In this document: positions 1 to 9,272 of the stretch, piece by piece
Layout of the letters: the number at the start of each line of letters is the position of its first letter
Position numbering within the stretch: the stretch's first letter is position 1
Origin: Acidobacteriota bacterium
Lineage (GTDB): Bacteria > Acidobacteriota > UBA6911 > RPQK01 > JAJDTT01
Direction: 5' to 3'
DNA length: 64,000 bases
NCBI GenBank assembly: GCA_965263035.1
Contig: OZ253580.1
Span: 256,001 to 320,000 of the forward strand
Position numbers and translations under genes: made by a program
Notes under the pieces: generated by a model
Told to the model about the DNA's origin: nothing
Databases searched by the model: none
What the model saw: the letters and a program-made list of their open reading frames with translations, nothing else

Positions 1-1586
1 TAGCTCCGGTTCCAGTTCACCCCGTCGCGCGTGGTCATCCGTCCCAGGTTTCGCGAGACGGCCCACTTGTTGTCGTACCTCACCAACGCCCGGCCCTTGG
101 ACGGGGGATGGGCCGCGAAATAGAGCACCAGCTCCCCGGTCCGCTCGTCGTAGAACATGGGTCCCAGGTTGTCGGTGGGACTGTCCAGCGTTTCCACCTG
201 CAGGTGAAGCCGCATGAAGGGGCGTTCCGTAGTGAGGTACCCCACGCCCTCCGAGTCCCGGACCATCAGGTAGACTCCCCGCTGAAACTCCATGTCCGGG
301 AATTTGGGACTGTTGACCCGGGTGGCGGTCCGCAGATCGGGCGTCCCACGGGTTCGGTAATCCCACAGGCCCCCGTACTCGTCCCCTTCGCCCACGTGGC
401 CCCGGTCCGGCATCTTTTCCAGGATGTTGTTGGCCCGGGAACCTTGGAACTCCACCAGCCCCAGCTCCGGCTTGGTCCAACGGACGCCATCGCCGGACAC
501 CGCCAGTAGCCGATAGCGGGTCGGGCTCAAATATTCCAGTTCGTACCGTTGCTGCTCCCGGTTGAAGGCAGGGGCGGCTCCGGCGGGCAGCATGACGGCA
601 TGGCCCTCCCAAGGCCGGTCGGGCCGGACCAGGGGCCGATCCTCCAATTTGCGGGCCGGATGGAAGACCTTCCGGAGATTCCGCTGGTCCTCGATCAGGA
701 AGTCGTCCACGAACAGCTGGGGAGCCACGGGGATCTCCAGGGGCGGTTCCGGTTTCGGCGCCGGCCCGTTCCGGTGCAGGTACAATGCCCGGCGGACCCC
801 ATCCTCCCAGAGCCGCCCGTCGACTCGGGGCCTCACCCGCACGTGATACGTGGCCGCCTTCAGGCCGGTGAGATCGAAGCCGACACGAGCCTTGTCCCGG
901 GTGAGCCGGAGTTGATTGGCGGGTGACCGCCGGCGGCCGGTGCCGGCTTCCACCAGATCCACCTCCACCGACAATTCCCGGACCGGCGCGCCTTCCCTGA
1001 GCCAGAGCTCCACCTCGGCGGCGTTGTCGTCGATATAGGCCAAGCGGTCCAGATCCGCTCCGACCCAGGTCTGGACCGGAAGCCGAAAGTCGTTGGAGAA
1101 CAGGATCCGGCCGTCCCGCACCCGCCTTCCCTTAACGGTCAGGAGGTAGTTGCCCGGGTCGTGGGTGTCGATCCACCAGCCGGTTCGCAAATATCCCCGG
1201 ACCCTCTCCTGAGGTCCCTTGTGGCTGGCGGCGGGGAGCGGCCGGTAAGGTCCGTGACCCAAGAGAGGACCCAGATCGAAGCCGACCGTTACACCGTCCG
1301 CGCCCGGCTCCACCAGTCGTTTCTCGGTTCGGGCCCCTCCTGCGGGAAACCCCACCGACACTTCCAGTTCCACGGCTTCCGCCGCGGCGTAGTGAAATTG
1401 GAGCCGATGTCCGGCCTCTCCCACAAAATTCAACCGGAGCCCGGTGGGATCCGCTTCCTGACCGCCCCGTTGGACCCGATAGGGAGTCAGATCGATGGGC
1501 GCGGACGGACTCTGAGGAACCACCTCCGGGGAGAAAAAGAACAAGACCAGGATCGGAGCCAGCATCCGTCGGGCGCTCGAATTCAT
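1..1586 (-). CDS. Secreted hypothetical protein with Asp-box (BNR) motif, probable beta-propeller/glycoside hydrolase-like; truncated at window edge
   Basis: Not in the ORF track because there is no stop in the window. Manual translation of both ends from ATG 1586 is in one frame: MNSSARRMLAPILVLFFF (signal-like), QLFVDDFLIE...RPDRPWEG, and TTRDGVNWNR (Asp-box-like) at the edge. Confidence 0.7.
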   Translation of the reverse strand, partial: MNSSARRMLAPILVLFFFSPEVVPQSPSAPIDLTPYRVQRGGQEADPTGLRLNFVGEAGHRLQFHYAAAEAVELEVSVGFPAGGARTEKRLVEPGADGVTVGFDLGPLLGHGPYRPLPAASHKGPQERVRGYLRTGWWIDTHDPGNYLLTVKGRRVRDGRILFSNDFRLPVQTWVGADLDRLAYIDDNAAEVELWLREGAPVRELSVEVDLVEAGTGRRRSPANQLRLTRDKARVGFDLTGLKAATYHVRVRPRVDGRLWEDGVRRALYLHRNGPAPKPEPPLEIPVAPQLFVDDFLIEDQRNLRKVFHPARKLEDRPLVRPDRPWEGHAVMLPAGAAPAFNREQQRYELEYLSPTRYRLLAVSGDGVRWTKPELGLVEFQGSRANNILEKMPDRGHVGEGDEYGGLWDYRTRGTPDLRTATRVNSPKFPDMEFQRGVYLMVRDSEGVGYLTTERPFMRLHLQVETLDSPTDNLGPMFYDERTGELVLYFAAHPPSKGRALVRYDNKWAVSRNLGRMTTRDGVNWNRS

Positions 1587-1695
1587 CGCAGACCCTCCAC
1601 CGATTTCGGGTGTTCGTTTCGTATCAGTTTCGGACTCATTCTAGCCTGAATTCCACACCGGGTCCCGGTGGCAACAAGGTAACGGGAATTGTCAT

Positions 1696-1855
1696 CAGTC
1701 CGTGGTGAAAGTCCCGCGAGCACCGAGACCGTTCCTGCGCCCGCCGGACCAGGCGCAACGGAGGGAGCATACCGGGAATATGTGAGCCGATAGCAACGCA
1801 GTCCGCGCACGATGCAGGGACGGTCGAATGCCGTGACGACTCTTGCCACGGGCTG
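1696..1855 (+). mobile_element. MITE family A, copy 1 (160 bp)
   Basis: Terminal inverted repeats CAGTCCGTGGTGAAAGTC...GACTCTTGCCACGGGCTG; four more copies in the window. Confidence 0.85.
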
Positions 1856-1868
1856 GTATCGTGCTGCG

Positions 1869-2825
1869 ATGGCGAACGCTCCCGCCCTCCGTCTTCGCGG
1901 CATCAGGAAGAACTACGGCAAGAAGATGGCCTTGGGCGGAGTGGATCTGGAAGCGCCACACGACTCCATTTGTGGTCTGATCGGCCCCAACGGCGCCGGA
2001 AAGACGACCCTGCTCCGCATCATTCTCGACATCATCGGTCCCGACGCCGGAACCGTCGAGGTGTTGGGCACTACCGATCTCCGGTCGACCCGCCTCCGCA
2101 TCGGATACCTCCCGGAAGAACGTGGGCTTTATCCCAAGATGCGGGTCGTCGACCACCTGGTGTTTCTGGGCGTGCTCAAGGGTCTGGGCCGACGAGACGC
2201 CATGAAACGGGCTCGCGCCGGACTCGAGGAGGTCGGACTCGGCGAGCGCGCCCGGGACAAGGTGGAGACTCTCTCCAAGGGAATGCAGCAGAAGGTCCAG
2301 CTTCTGGCCACGATCCTCCACGAGCCGGAGCTGCTGGTCCTGGACGAGCCGTTCAGCGGGCTGGACCCACTCAACGTGGAGCTCTTCAAACGGTTGGTGC
2401 TGGAGCAACGCCGGGCGGGAGCGACCGTACTCTTTTCCACCCACCTGATTGAAGACGCCGAGCGTCTCTGTGACCGGGTGTGCATGATCGCCGGCGCCAA
2501 CAAGGTCCTGGACGGGAAGGTGAGCGACTTGAAGGCGGCCTCCGGGCGGCGGGATCTGGCCATCGCCTTCGAGGGGAACAGCGAGTTCCTGGCGGCGCCC
2601 GGCCTGGTGGAACGGGTGGCCGACCAGGGCGGTTACGTGGAAGTTCGGCTCAAGGCCGATGCCGACCCACAGGCACTGCTCCGCCGGGCCCTGGAATCGG
2701 GAGTGACGATTTCACGTTTCGAACTGACGGAACCCTCACTGCGCGAGATCTTCATGGAGAAAGCGGAGGCGGCCGGTCTGTCGGCGAGTGACGCCCCCAG
2801 GGCTGGTGAGGGAACCGGTAGATGA
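1869..2825 (+). CDS. ABC-2 type transporter ATP-binding protein (NatA/YhaQ-like)
   Basis: Walker A GPNGAGKT, signature LSKGMQQ, Walker B LLVLDEP; start moved to MANAP because the upstream extension is MITE sequence. Confidence 0.92.
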   Translation: MANAPALRLRGIRKNYGKKMALGGVDLEAPHDSICGLIGPNGAGKTTLLRIILDIIGPDAGTVEVLGTTDLRSTRLRIGYLPEERGLYPKMRVVDHLVFLGVLKGLGRRDAMKRARAGLEEVGLGERARDKVETLSKGMQQKVQLLATILHEPELLVLDEPFSGLDPLNVELFKRLVLEQRRAGATVLFSTHLIEDAERLCDRVCMIAGANKVLDGKVSDLKAASGRRDLAIAFEGNSEFLAAPGLVERVADQGGYVEVRLKADADPQALLRRALESGVTISRFELTEPSLREIFMEKAEAAGLSASDAPRAGEGTGR

Positions 2826-4222
2826 ACCCGTTTACGCCGAATGTACTCGCAGTTGCGGCCCGTGAGTTCATGCAACGCGTCAAGACAAAGTGGTTCATCC
2901 TGGGCACCATCGGAATGCCGGTGATCATGGTCGGGGTGGCATTCCTGATCGTTTTCGCGATGCGGGACGTGGAGGACTCCGAGCGGGGGAAGACCATCGG
3001 CGTCGTGGACACCGATGGCACCGTAGCGGACCTGCTGGTGGAGGAGTTGAACGACGGTTTCGTTACGGCCTCGAGGGTGCGCGATCTGGAACGTCTTCCC
3101 GCCCCCACGATCAGGGAGCGGTTCCTGTCGGCACCTTTCGACTACCTGCTGATTCTACCGTTGGGTGCCGCCGCTTCAGAGGGGGTGGCCCGCTCCCCGA
3201 ATCGACGGGAGCCGGCGAAGAACGGGGAAACGGATGACGCCGGGGACCGGCTGGCCGCCACCCTGCTGGGCAAGGACAGGGTCCCGTCGGCAACCCGGAG
3301 ATCGGTCCGAAATGCGCTCCAACGCGCCCTCTTGCAGACTCGCCTCCAAGCGGCGGGAGTCGAAGCGGTGGACGCTCGAGAGCTGTTGCGCAGACCTCGA
3401 TTGAATACGGTGAACGTCACCGAAACGGGCGATAGCCGCTCCCAGACCATACAGACCGTTGCCAGCATGGGTATCGTCTATGTCTTTTTCATGCTCCTGG
3501 TGGCTTACGGGCAGATGGTCCTGATGTCGACCATCGAGGACAAGCAATCGAACATCGTCGAAATCCTGGCATCGTCGTTACGCCCCTGGGAACTGATGTT
3601 GGGGAAGATACTGGGGTGCGGCGCCATGGCCCTGGCTCAGATCGGAATCTGGGCGCTGATGTTGGCGGCCACGGCGGGCTACGCTCTCGCCCGCGGCGGA
3701 TTGCCGAGCCTACCGTCCACCGCCCCTGTTTCCGGCGGCCCCGGCCCTCTCACCGGTGCTGCTGCCGAGTTGGCGGACATCGACCTGATTTCGGGCTCGA
3801 TCCCGTGGGACAGCATGGTCCCCGCTGTCCTTTTCTTCCTGCTCGGCTACCTCCTCTATACCTCGGTTTTCGCCGCTGTCGGGGCCACGGTCAGCGACCT
3901 TCAGGACGCCCAACAGGCGGTGACGCCCATCGTTTTCGTGAGCATGATCTCACTTGTCGCGGGCCCCTTGCTGATGGAGAGTCCCAACAACCGATGGGCC
4001 GTGATCCTGTCGATGGTCCCGCCCTTCAACGCCGTGGTGATGCCCTCCAGGCTCTTCGCCACCGAGGTGCCCTTCTGGCAGTGGGCACTCTCCCTCCTCC
4101 TGTTGGCCACGGGTGTGGCGGCCGCGGTCTGGGTGGCCGGGCGGATCTATCGGGTGGGAATCCTGATGAGGGGACAGCGCGCCAGCCTGCCCGAGATCGT
4201 TCGCTGGGTCCGCCACGGCTGA
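2822..4222 (+). CDS. ABC-2 type permease (NatB/YhaP-like)
   Basis: N-terminal TM, large external loop, EDKQSNIVEILASS motif, multiple C-terminal TMs; overlaps the ATPase stop. Confidence 0.88.
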   Translation: MNPFTPNVLAVAAREFMQRVKTKWFILGTIGMPVIMVGVAFLIVFAMRDVEDSERGKTIGVVDTDGTVADLLVEELNDGFVTASRVRDLERLPAPTIRERFLSAPFDYLLILPLGAAASEGVARSPNRREPAKNGETDDAGDRLAATLLGKDRVPSATRRSVRNALQRALLQTRLQAAGVEAVDARELLRRPRLNTVNVTETGDSRSQTIQTVASMGIVYVFFMLLVAYGQMVLMSTIEDKQSNIVEILASSLRPWELMLGKILGCGAMALAQIGIWALMLAATAGYALARGGLPSLPSTAPVSGGPGPLTGAAAELADIDLISGSIPWDSMVPAVLFFLLGYLLYTSVFAAVGATVSDLQDAQQAVTPIVFVSMISLVAGPLLMESPNNRWAVILSMVPPFNAVVMPSRLFATEVPFWQWALSLLLLATGVAAAVWVAGRIYRVGILMRGQRASLPEIVRWVRHG

Positions 4223-4275
4223 ACTGACCACCCCCTGCATTGGCCAACTCTCTCTAGAAAAACAATACGGGCACC

Positions 4276-4350
4276 CTGGGAGCGAGGACATTCTTGTCCC
4301 CGTCTTCATCGCCGACGCGGAACCGGCGGCTGGAAAGCTGTTGCTCCCAG
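4276..4350. repeat. REP doublet (REPIN-like)
   Basis: CTGGGAGC...GCTCCCAG outer inverted repeat enclosing two degenerate small palindromes. Confidence 0.6.
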
Positions 4351-4375
4351 ACATCCCGTTTTTCTGGTTGGATTG

Positions 4376-4550
4376 CGCCGGACCGGGGCCGGTGGGGGAC
4401 TTCTGAGAAACCGAGCAAAGAGCAAAGAGCAAAGCTCCCCCACCGGCCCGGTCCGGCGGACGCCCGGTAGAAAAAGGGTAGGAGCGCCGGTTTCCAACCG
4501 CCGAACTCCGGTGGAGCATGGAGGAATGGGCGACTGGAAGTCGCCCCTCC
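4376..4550. repeat. Long hairpin with GAGCAAA heptamers in the loop, followed by a REP doublet
   Basis: CGCCGGACCGGGGCCGGTGGGGGA / TCCCCCACCGGCCCGGTCCGGCG stem, then GGAGCGCCGGTTTCCAACCGCCG...GGCGACTGGAAGTCGCCCCTCC. Confidence 0.75.
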
Positions 4551-4569
4551 TTAGTTTCTTAGAAGAGTG

Positions 4570-4712
4570 AAGAAAGGCGCGTAGTTTACGCGTAGCGGGC
4601 ACCTCTACCGAAAACGATCTGGTTAAGGATTCTGGAGCCAGATTGGTTCGAAGGCTTGTTTCTTCCATGAATCGTCCGGAACCCAGCCGGTGAGGGAGCT
4701 TTTCTCTTTCCT
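4570..4712 (+). repeat. 143-bp dispersed repeat, copy 1
   Basis: 5 mismatches versus 26083-26225 by manual alignment. Confidence 0.9.
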
Positions 4713-4766
4713 CGCCTTCCCCTCGTCCTCATTGCACCCAGGTTCGGTTCGGCATAATCTGCCCCT

Positions 4767-5165
4767 GTGAAGACCCTGGCCAGCTCCATGCTCCTGCTCG
4801 TCCTGGCCACCAGTCCCATGGTCTGGGTGGTTCAAGAATCGGAGAGCGAGCCGGCGGCTTCGGTCTGCCCGACCCATGGGAGCGTCTGCTGCTGCCCGGT
4901 ATTGTGCCTGAAGCAGTTGAAGAACCCGGACGACGGTCATCGGGCCTGCGCCCGGCCGGTGCGGAAGGCGGACCCGCTCCGGTTCGTCGCCGACTGCGGA
5001 GCCGATCCCTTGGGCATCGGTTTCATGACCCTGAAGGCGGTCTTCCTGCCTCCGGTCCGGACCGATTTCGGAGACCTTGACTCCGGTCTTCCCCAGGACG
5101 CCCCCGTTCGAACACCCCTGGTTCCGCCAGCCGTAGAAGATCCTCCTCCACGCCGCTTCTCCTGA
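4767..5165 (+). CDS. Cys-rich exported leader protein (DUF2946/CutF/CruR-like) with C-terminal Pro-rich motif
   Basis: Signal-like N-terminus, CPTHGSVCCCPVLC, ends EDPPPRRFS, directly upstream of a TonB-dependent receptor. Confidence 0.65.
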   Translation: MKTLASSMLLLVLATSPMVWVVQESESEPAASVCPTHGSVCCCPVLCLKQLKNPDDGHRACARPVRKADPLRFVADCGADPLGIGFMTLKAVFLPPVRTDFGDLDSGLPQDAPVRTPLVPPAVEDPPPRRFS

Positions 5166-5275
5166 ACCGACGACAGCAGTACGACGATTTCGGGTCCCCG
5201 ACCGCCGGAGTGACATCCGCGCGCCCGCCGGGGTCCCCGTCTCATCTGACCGTGCGACACCACAAGGAGGATCGT

Positions 5276-7591
5276 ATGCGCCGACTTATTGGCACCGCGG
5301 TCTGGCTCCAACTCGCCGGCATCGCTCCTGCGGGAGGGATGCTCCTGGCCTCGGAAGCCGAACCCATATTGTTCGAGGGCCGGGTCCTGGACCCTCACGG
5401 CTATCCCATTCCGGGCGCCGAAGTGAAGGCTCTCAGTTCCGGTCGACCGGTGGAGGCCCGCTTCACCGATGATCGAGGCGAGTTTCGGGTCCGCCTGAAA
5501 CCGGGACGCTACTCGTTGAGGGTCCGGGTGCCTGGATTTCAGATCTACGCAAAGACGTGGCTTCTAGGAGATGAGCCCCAGGAGTTGCTGTTGCGGCTGG
5601 AGGTGGACACCACCACGCAACATCTGGAGGTCAGGGCGAGTGCTCCCCGGATGCACAGCGAACTGGCTGTCGGGAGTGGCAAGATCGACCGTCAAGAGAG
5701 TCAGGACCTGGCCGAGCTCCTCCGGGGCGAGGCCGGAACGGCTGCGGTCCGGCGAGGACCCATCAACCTGGAACCGAACATTCGGGGCCTGCAGGAAAAC
5801 CAGATCGGAACCTTCGTGGACCGGACCCGGACTTTTGCCGCCGGTCCCGCCCGGATGGACTCGGACATGAGCCACGTCAGCCCCCACGCGGTTCGGTCCA
5901 TCCGTGTGGTCAAGGGACCCTACGCCCTGGGTTGGGGGGCCGGGGTTCTGAGCGGAATCCAAGTGCAGACCTTCCGGCCACCCTTCTACACCGGCGGCAG
6001 CCGATTCCATGGCCGGCTCGGGTACCGCTACGGACAGAATGCCGTCAACCAGGATGGACATGGCCTGTTCTGGGGCGGTAACGAGTGGATGCGGCTTCAT
6101 CTGCTCTTCAACCGGCGGCAGGGGAATGACTACCGTGCGGGCGACGGGAGCCGGGTCCCAGGCGACTACAAGTCGGACGACGTGCATTGGAGCCTGGGAT
6201 TCAAGCTCCTGCCGGAACTCGTCCTGGACTATGCAGGGAGCTACCAGCAACAGAATGGCATCGATTACCCCGGACGCATCCTGGACGCCACCTATTTCTA
6301 CACCCGGTCCAACGCCGTGGGGTTGACCTGGAATCCGGCCGGGGGAGCCCTTTCGGAGATCCGCGGCCAGTTCTACCTGAACTTGAAGGACCACCTCATG
6401 AACAACGAGGAGAAGCCGACGGCGCGTCCGATGCCCGGCCGCACGCCTCCCTTCGGTCTGCTGGTGGACATTCCCACCGAGTCGAACACCGTCGGTGGAG
6501 ACTTCTCGGCTCTGGTTGAGCGAGGTCTCTGGGACTGGAGGTTCGGACTGGACTTCTACAATTCGAACCAGTCGGCCACCCGGTCCATCTTCAGGCGAAG
6601 TCCCAGGGTCCTCCTGTTCCGGGACGTGGTCTGGCCCGATGCCGAATTGAACGACCAGGGATTCTACGTTCAGATGCGCCGCGAGGGGGAGCACTCCGAA
6701 CTGGCGGGGACGGTCCGATTCGACCGGGTCCAAGCCGCGGCGGGCGCCGTTTCCGATTTCTTCGCCGCCAACACCAAGGGCGGGCTCGACCAGGGGGAGA
6801 CTCATCTGAGCGCTGCCGTGAACGGCAGTTGGTGGATCAGCCGGGACGTGTCCTTGACCGCCGGACTGGGACGCGCCGTGCGAACCGCCACGGTCCTGGA
6901 ACGCTATTCGGACCGATTTCCCGCGACCAAGTTCCAGATCGCGGCCGAGTTCATGGGCAATCCGGCCTTGAACCCGGAAGCAAGCCTGGAATTCAATGTG
7001 GGCGGCAGTCTACTGCGGGAAAGGACCCACTTGGGCCTGGACCTCTTTCACCGCGAGATCGACAACTACATCACCGTGCAGGCGGACCCCTCCCTGCGGA
7101 AGCGTCTGCCTTTGAGCCCGCCGCTGGTGTTCCGCTACATCAACGGTTCGCAGGCCCGTTTCCGCGGAGCGGAATTGACGCTGGAACAGGACCTGACTTC
7201 CGTTTTTCGGCTCCGGGGATTCCTCTCCTACGTCTGGGGGGTGGATGAGCTGTTCGGAGAACCGATCCTGGGTCTACCCCCGTTTCAGGGACTGGCGGCT
7301 CTGGAACTGAGCTCGCCCGACCGGCGGTACTGGGTGGACCTGGCCGTGACGCTGGTGGACAGTCAAACTCGGGTGGCCTCCCGCCGGTTCGAGCAGATGA
7401 CCGATGGCTACACCATCGTCGATCTGAGAGGACGGGCTTCTCTCACCTCCGGATGGACTCTGAAGGCCGGGGTCGAAAACCTGGGTGATCGGCTCTACAG
7501 CAATCACCTCAACTCTCCGAATCCCTTTAACCGCCGCCGGATCCCGGAGCTGGGCCGGAATTTCTACGTGGGACTGGTGTACGAGTTTTGA
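5276..7591 (+). CDS. TonB-dependent receptor, OprC/NosA-like, with N-terminal carboxypeptidase-regulatory-like domain
   Basis: RBS AAGGAGG; plug motifs PNIRG and IRVVKGPYA; GPARMDS and DHLMNN; C-terminal GRNFYVGLVYEF. Confidence 0.9.
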   Translation: MRRLIGTAVWLQLAGIAPAGGMLLASEAEPILFEGRVLDPHGYPIPGAEVKALSSGRPVEARFTDDRGEFRVRLKPGRYSLRVRVPGFQIYAKTWLLGDEPQELLLRLEVDTTTQHLEVRASAPRMHSELAVGSGKIDRQESQDLAELLRGEAGTAAVRRGPINLEPNIRGLQENQIGTFVDRTRTFAAGPARMDSDMSHVSPHAVRSIRVVKGPYALGWGAGVLSGIQVQTFRPPFYTGGSRFHGRLGYRYGQNAVNQDGHGLFWGGNEWMRLHLLFNRRQGNDYRAGDGSRVPGDYKSDDVHWSLGFKLLPELVLDYAGSYQQQNGIDYPGRILDATYFYTRSNAVGLTWNPAGGALSEIRGQFYLNLKDHLMNNEEKPTARPMPGRTPPFGLLVDIPTESNTVGGDFSALVERGLWDWRFGLDFYNSNQSATRSIFRRSPRVLLFRDVVWPDAELNDQGFYVQMRREGEHSELAGTVRFDRVQAAAGAVSDFFAANTKGGLDQGETHLSAAVNGSWWISRDVSLTAGLGRAVRTATVLERYSDRFPATKFQIAAEFMGNPALNPEASLEFNVGGSLLRERTHLGLDLFHREIDNYITVQADPSLRKRLPLSPPLVFRYINGSQARFRGAELTLEQDLTSVFRLRGFLSYVWGVDELFGEPILGLPPFQGLAALELSSPDRRYWVDLAVTLVDSQTRVASRRFEQMTDGYTIVDLRGRASLTSGWTLKAGVENLGDRLYSNHLNSPNPFNRRRIPELGRNFYVGLVYEF

Positions 7592-7815
7592 GGGAGCGGA
7601 GGCTTTCTTGCCGCCGGGGAGCGGCGACTTTCCAGTCGCCGATTAGGGGGAGTTAGGGGGGACGGTTAGTCCCCCCTCTACGCTTACCGGCCCCTACACC
7701 TTCCGACCGCCGAATCGTACAGCATCACAGAAGAGCAGGCGACAAGAAAGTCGCCTGTCCCAGTGGGCGACAAGAAAGTCGCCCCTCCTAGCAGGCGACA
7801 AGAAAGTCGCTCCTG
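7592..7815. repeat. REP cluster between convergent genes
   Basis: Three GGCGACAAGAAAGTCGC units plus GGCGACTTTCCAGTCGCC and GGGGGGACGGTTAGTCCCCCC palindromes. Confidence 0.85.
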
Positions 7816-9132
7816 TCACACCACGCAACGCGGTTTCAGCAACCGCTGAAGCCTGGGGCTCTCCTCCAGAATAATGGTCTCGGACCGGTTTGGACCGGTG
7901 GAGATGATGGAGATATCCGCGCCGGTGAGTTCGCGAATCCGATGCAGGTAGGACTTGGCCTTCTCCGGCAGGTCGTCGTAATTCCGAATGTCGGAGGTGT
8001 CCCGCTGCCATCCGGGATGCGTCTCGTAGATGGGGCTCACCTCTTCAAGTGCTCCCACGTCCGTGGGGAAACTCGTCATTCGGGTCCCTCGGTAGCGGTA
8101 GCCGGTACAGATCCGAAGCTCTTTCAAATGGTCCAGTACATCCAATTTGGTGACGACCAGAGTGTCCACGTGGTTGATCAGATTGCTGTACCGGGCGACG
8201 ACGGCGTCGAACCATCCGCAACGCCTCGGCCGCCCCGTGGTGGCGCCGTACTCGACGCCCCGCTCGCGGATCTCCTCCCCTTCCTCACCGTCCAACTCGG
8301 TCGGAAACGGGCCGCCTCCGACACGAGTCGAATAGGCTTTGGTAATTCCCATCACTCCGTCGATGGCACCCGGCCCCACGCCGCACCCGGTGCAGGCTCC
8401 ACCGGCCGTGGCGTTCGAGGAGGTAACGAACGGATAGGTCCCGTGATCCACGTCCAGCAGCGTTCCCTGGGCGCCCTCGAAGAGGATGTTCTTTCCCCGC
8501 CGGATCTCGCGATTCAGGTACTCGGCCGTGTCGGTGACATAGGAGGCGATCCGTTCGCCGATCGCCAGATAGGTCTCCTCGATCTGGTCAGGGTTCACCC
8601 CGTCACGCCCGTAGACCCGGTTCAGGATTCGGTTCTTCAGATCGGCATAGTTGCGGAGCTTGGAGCGAAAGAGCCGGGGCGACAACAGGTCGCCGACCCG
8701 GATTCCCCGGCGGGCCATCTTGTCTTCATAACAGGGTCCGATGCCCCGGCTCGTGGTCCCGATTTTCGCCTTGCCCAACCGGCTTTCCTCGGCGCCCTCC
8801 AGCAACCGGTGGTAGGGCATGATCAGGTGTGCCCGGTTGCTGACATGGAGCCGGCCTTCCAAAGAGAACTCCCGGAGCGCCAGCAGTTCCTCTTCCAGCG
8901 CCACCGGGTCCACCACGACCCCGTTGCCGATGACGCAGACCTTGTCGGGGTGGAGGATCCCGGACGGAATCAAGTGAAGAACATACTTGGCGCCCGCAAC
9001 GGAAACGGTGTGCCCGGCATTGTGTCCACCCTGGTAACGGGCGACGACGTCGAAGTGACGTGTGGTCAGATCGACGATCTTTCCTTTGCCTTCGTCACCC
9101 CATTGGGTGCCGACGATCACGACGTTAGCCAT
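7816..9132 (-). CDS. purA: Adenylosuccinate synthetase
   Basis: QWGDEGKGK, GGHNAGHT, GATTGRPRRCGW motifs. Confidence 0.98.
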   Translation of the reverse strand: MANVVIVGTQWGDEGKGKIVDLTTRHFDVVARYQGGHNAGHTVSVAGAKYVLHLIPSGILHPDKVCVIGNGVVVDPVALEEELLALREFSLEGRLHVSNRAHLIMPYHRLLEGAEESRLGKAKIGTTSRGIGPCYEDKMARRGIRVGDLLSPRLFRSKLRNYADLKNRILNRVYGRDGVNPDQIEETYLAIGERIASYVTDTAEYLNREIRRGKNILFEGAQGTLLDVDHGTYPFVTSSNATAGGACTGCGVGPGAIDGVMGITKAYSTRVGGGPFPTELDGEEGEEIRERGVEYGATTGRPRRCGWFDAVVARYSNLINHVDTLVVTKLDVLDHLKELRICTGYRYRGTRMTSFPTDVGALEEVSPIYETHPGWQRDTSDIRNYDDLPEKAKSYLHRIRELTGADISIISTGPNRSETIILEESPRLQRLLKPRCVV

Positions 9133-9272
9133 AGTGCAGGCGAAAAACGGAAAGCCGGTTAACGGACTTGGACCGGATCGGTGCGCATACCGACCTCAGA
9201 CCAAGCTGCAGTCGACTCCGCACGGAAAGTCCGTAAACCGGGTGAGCCATCCATTCCCGAACGCCGGGACGG

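Noticed and set aside
1812-1868. N-terminal extensions MQGRSNAVTT (also at 21757) and MLAGLSPRTD (9927)
   Set aside because: They are translations of MITE family A sequence, not real protein starts
4591-4620. RSGHLY peptide in the 143-bp repeat as a RAYT transposase remnant
   Set aside because: Too short, followed by a stop codon, and no HUH or other transposase motifs nearby
7738-7812. Three GGCGACAAGAAAGTCGC direct repeats as a CRISPR array
   Set aside because: Spacers are only about 11 nt, the units are palindromic REPs dispersed elsewhere, and no cas genes are present
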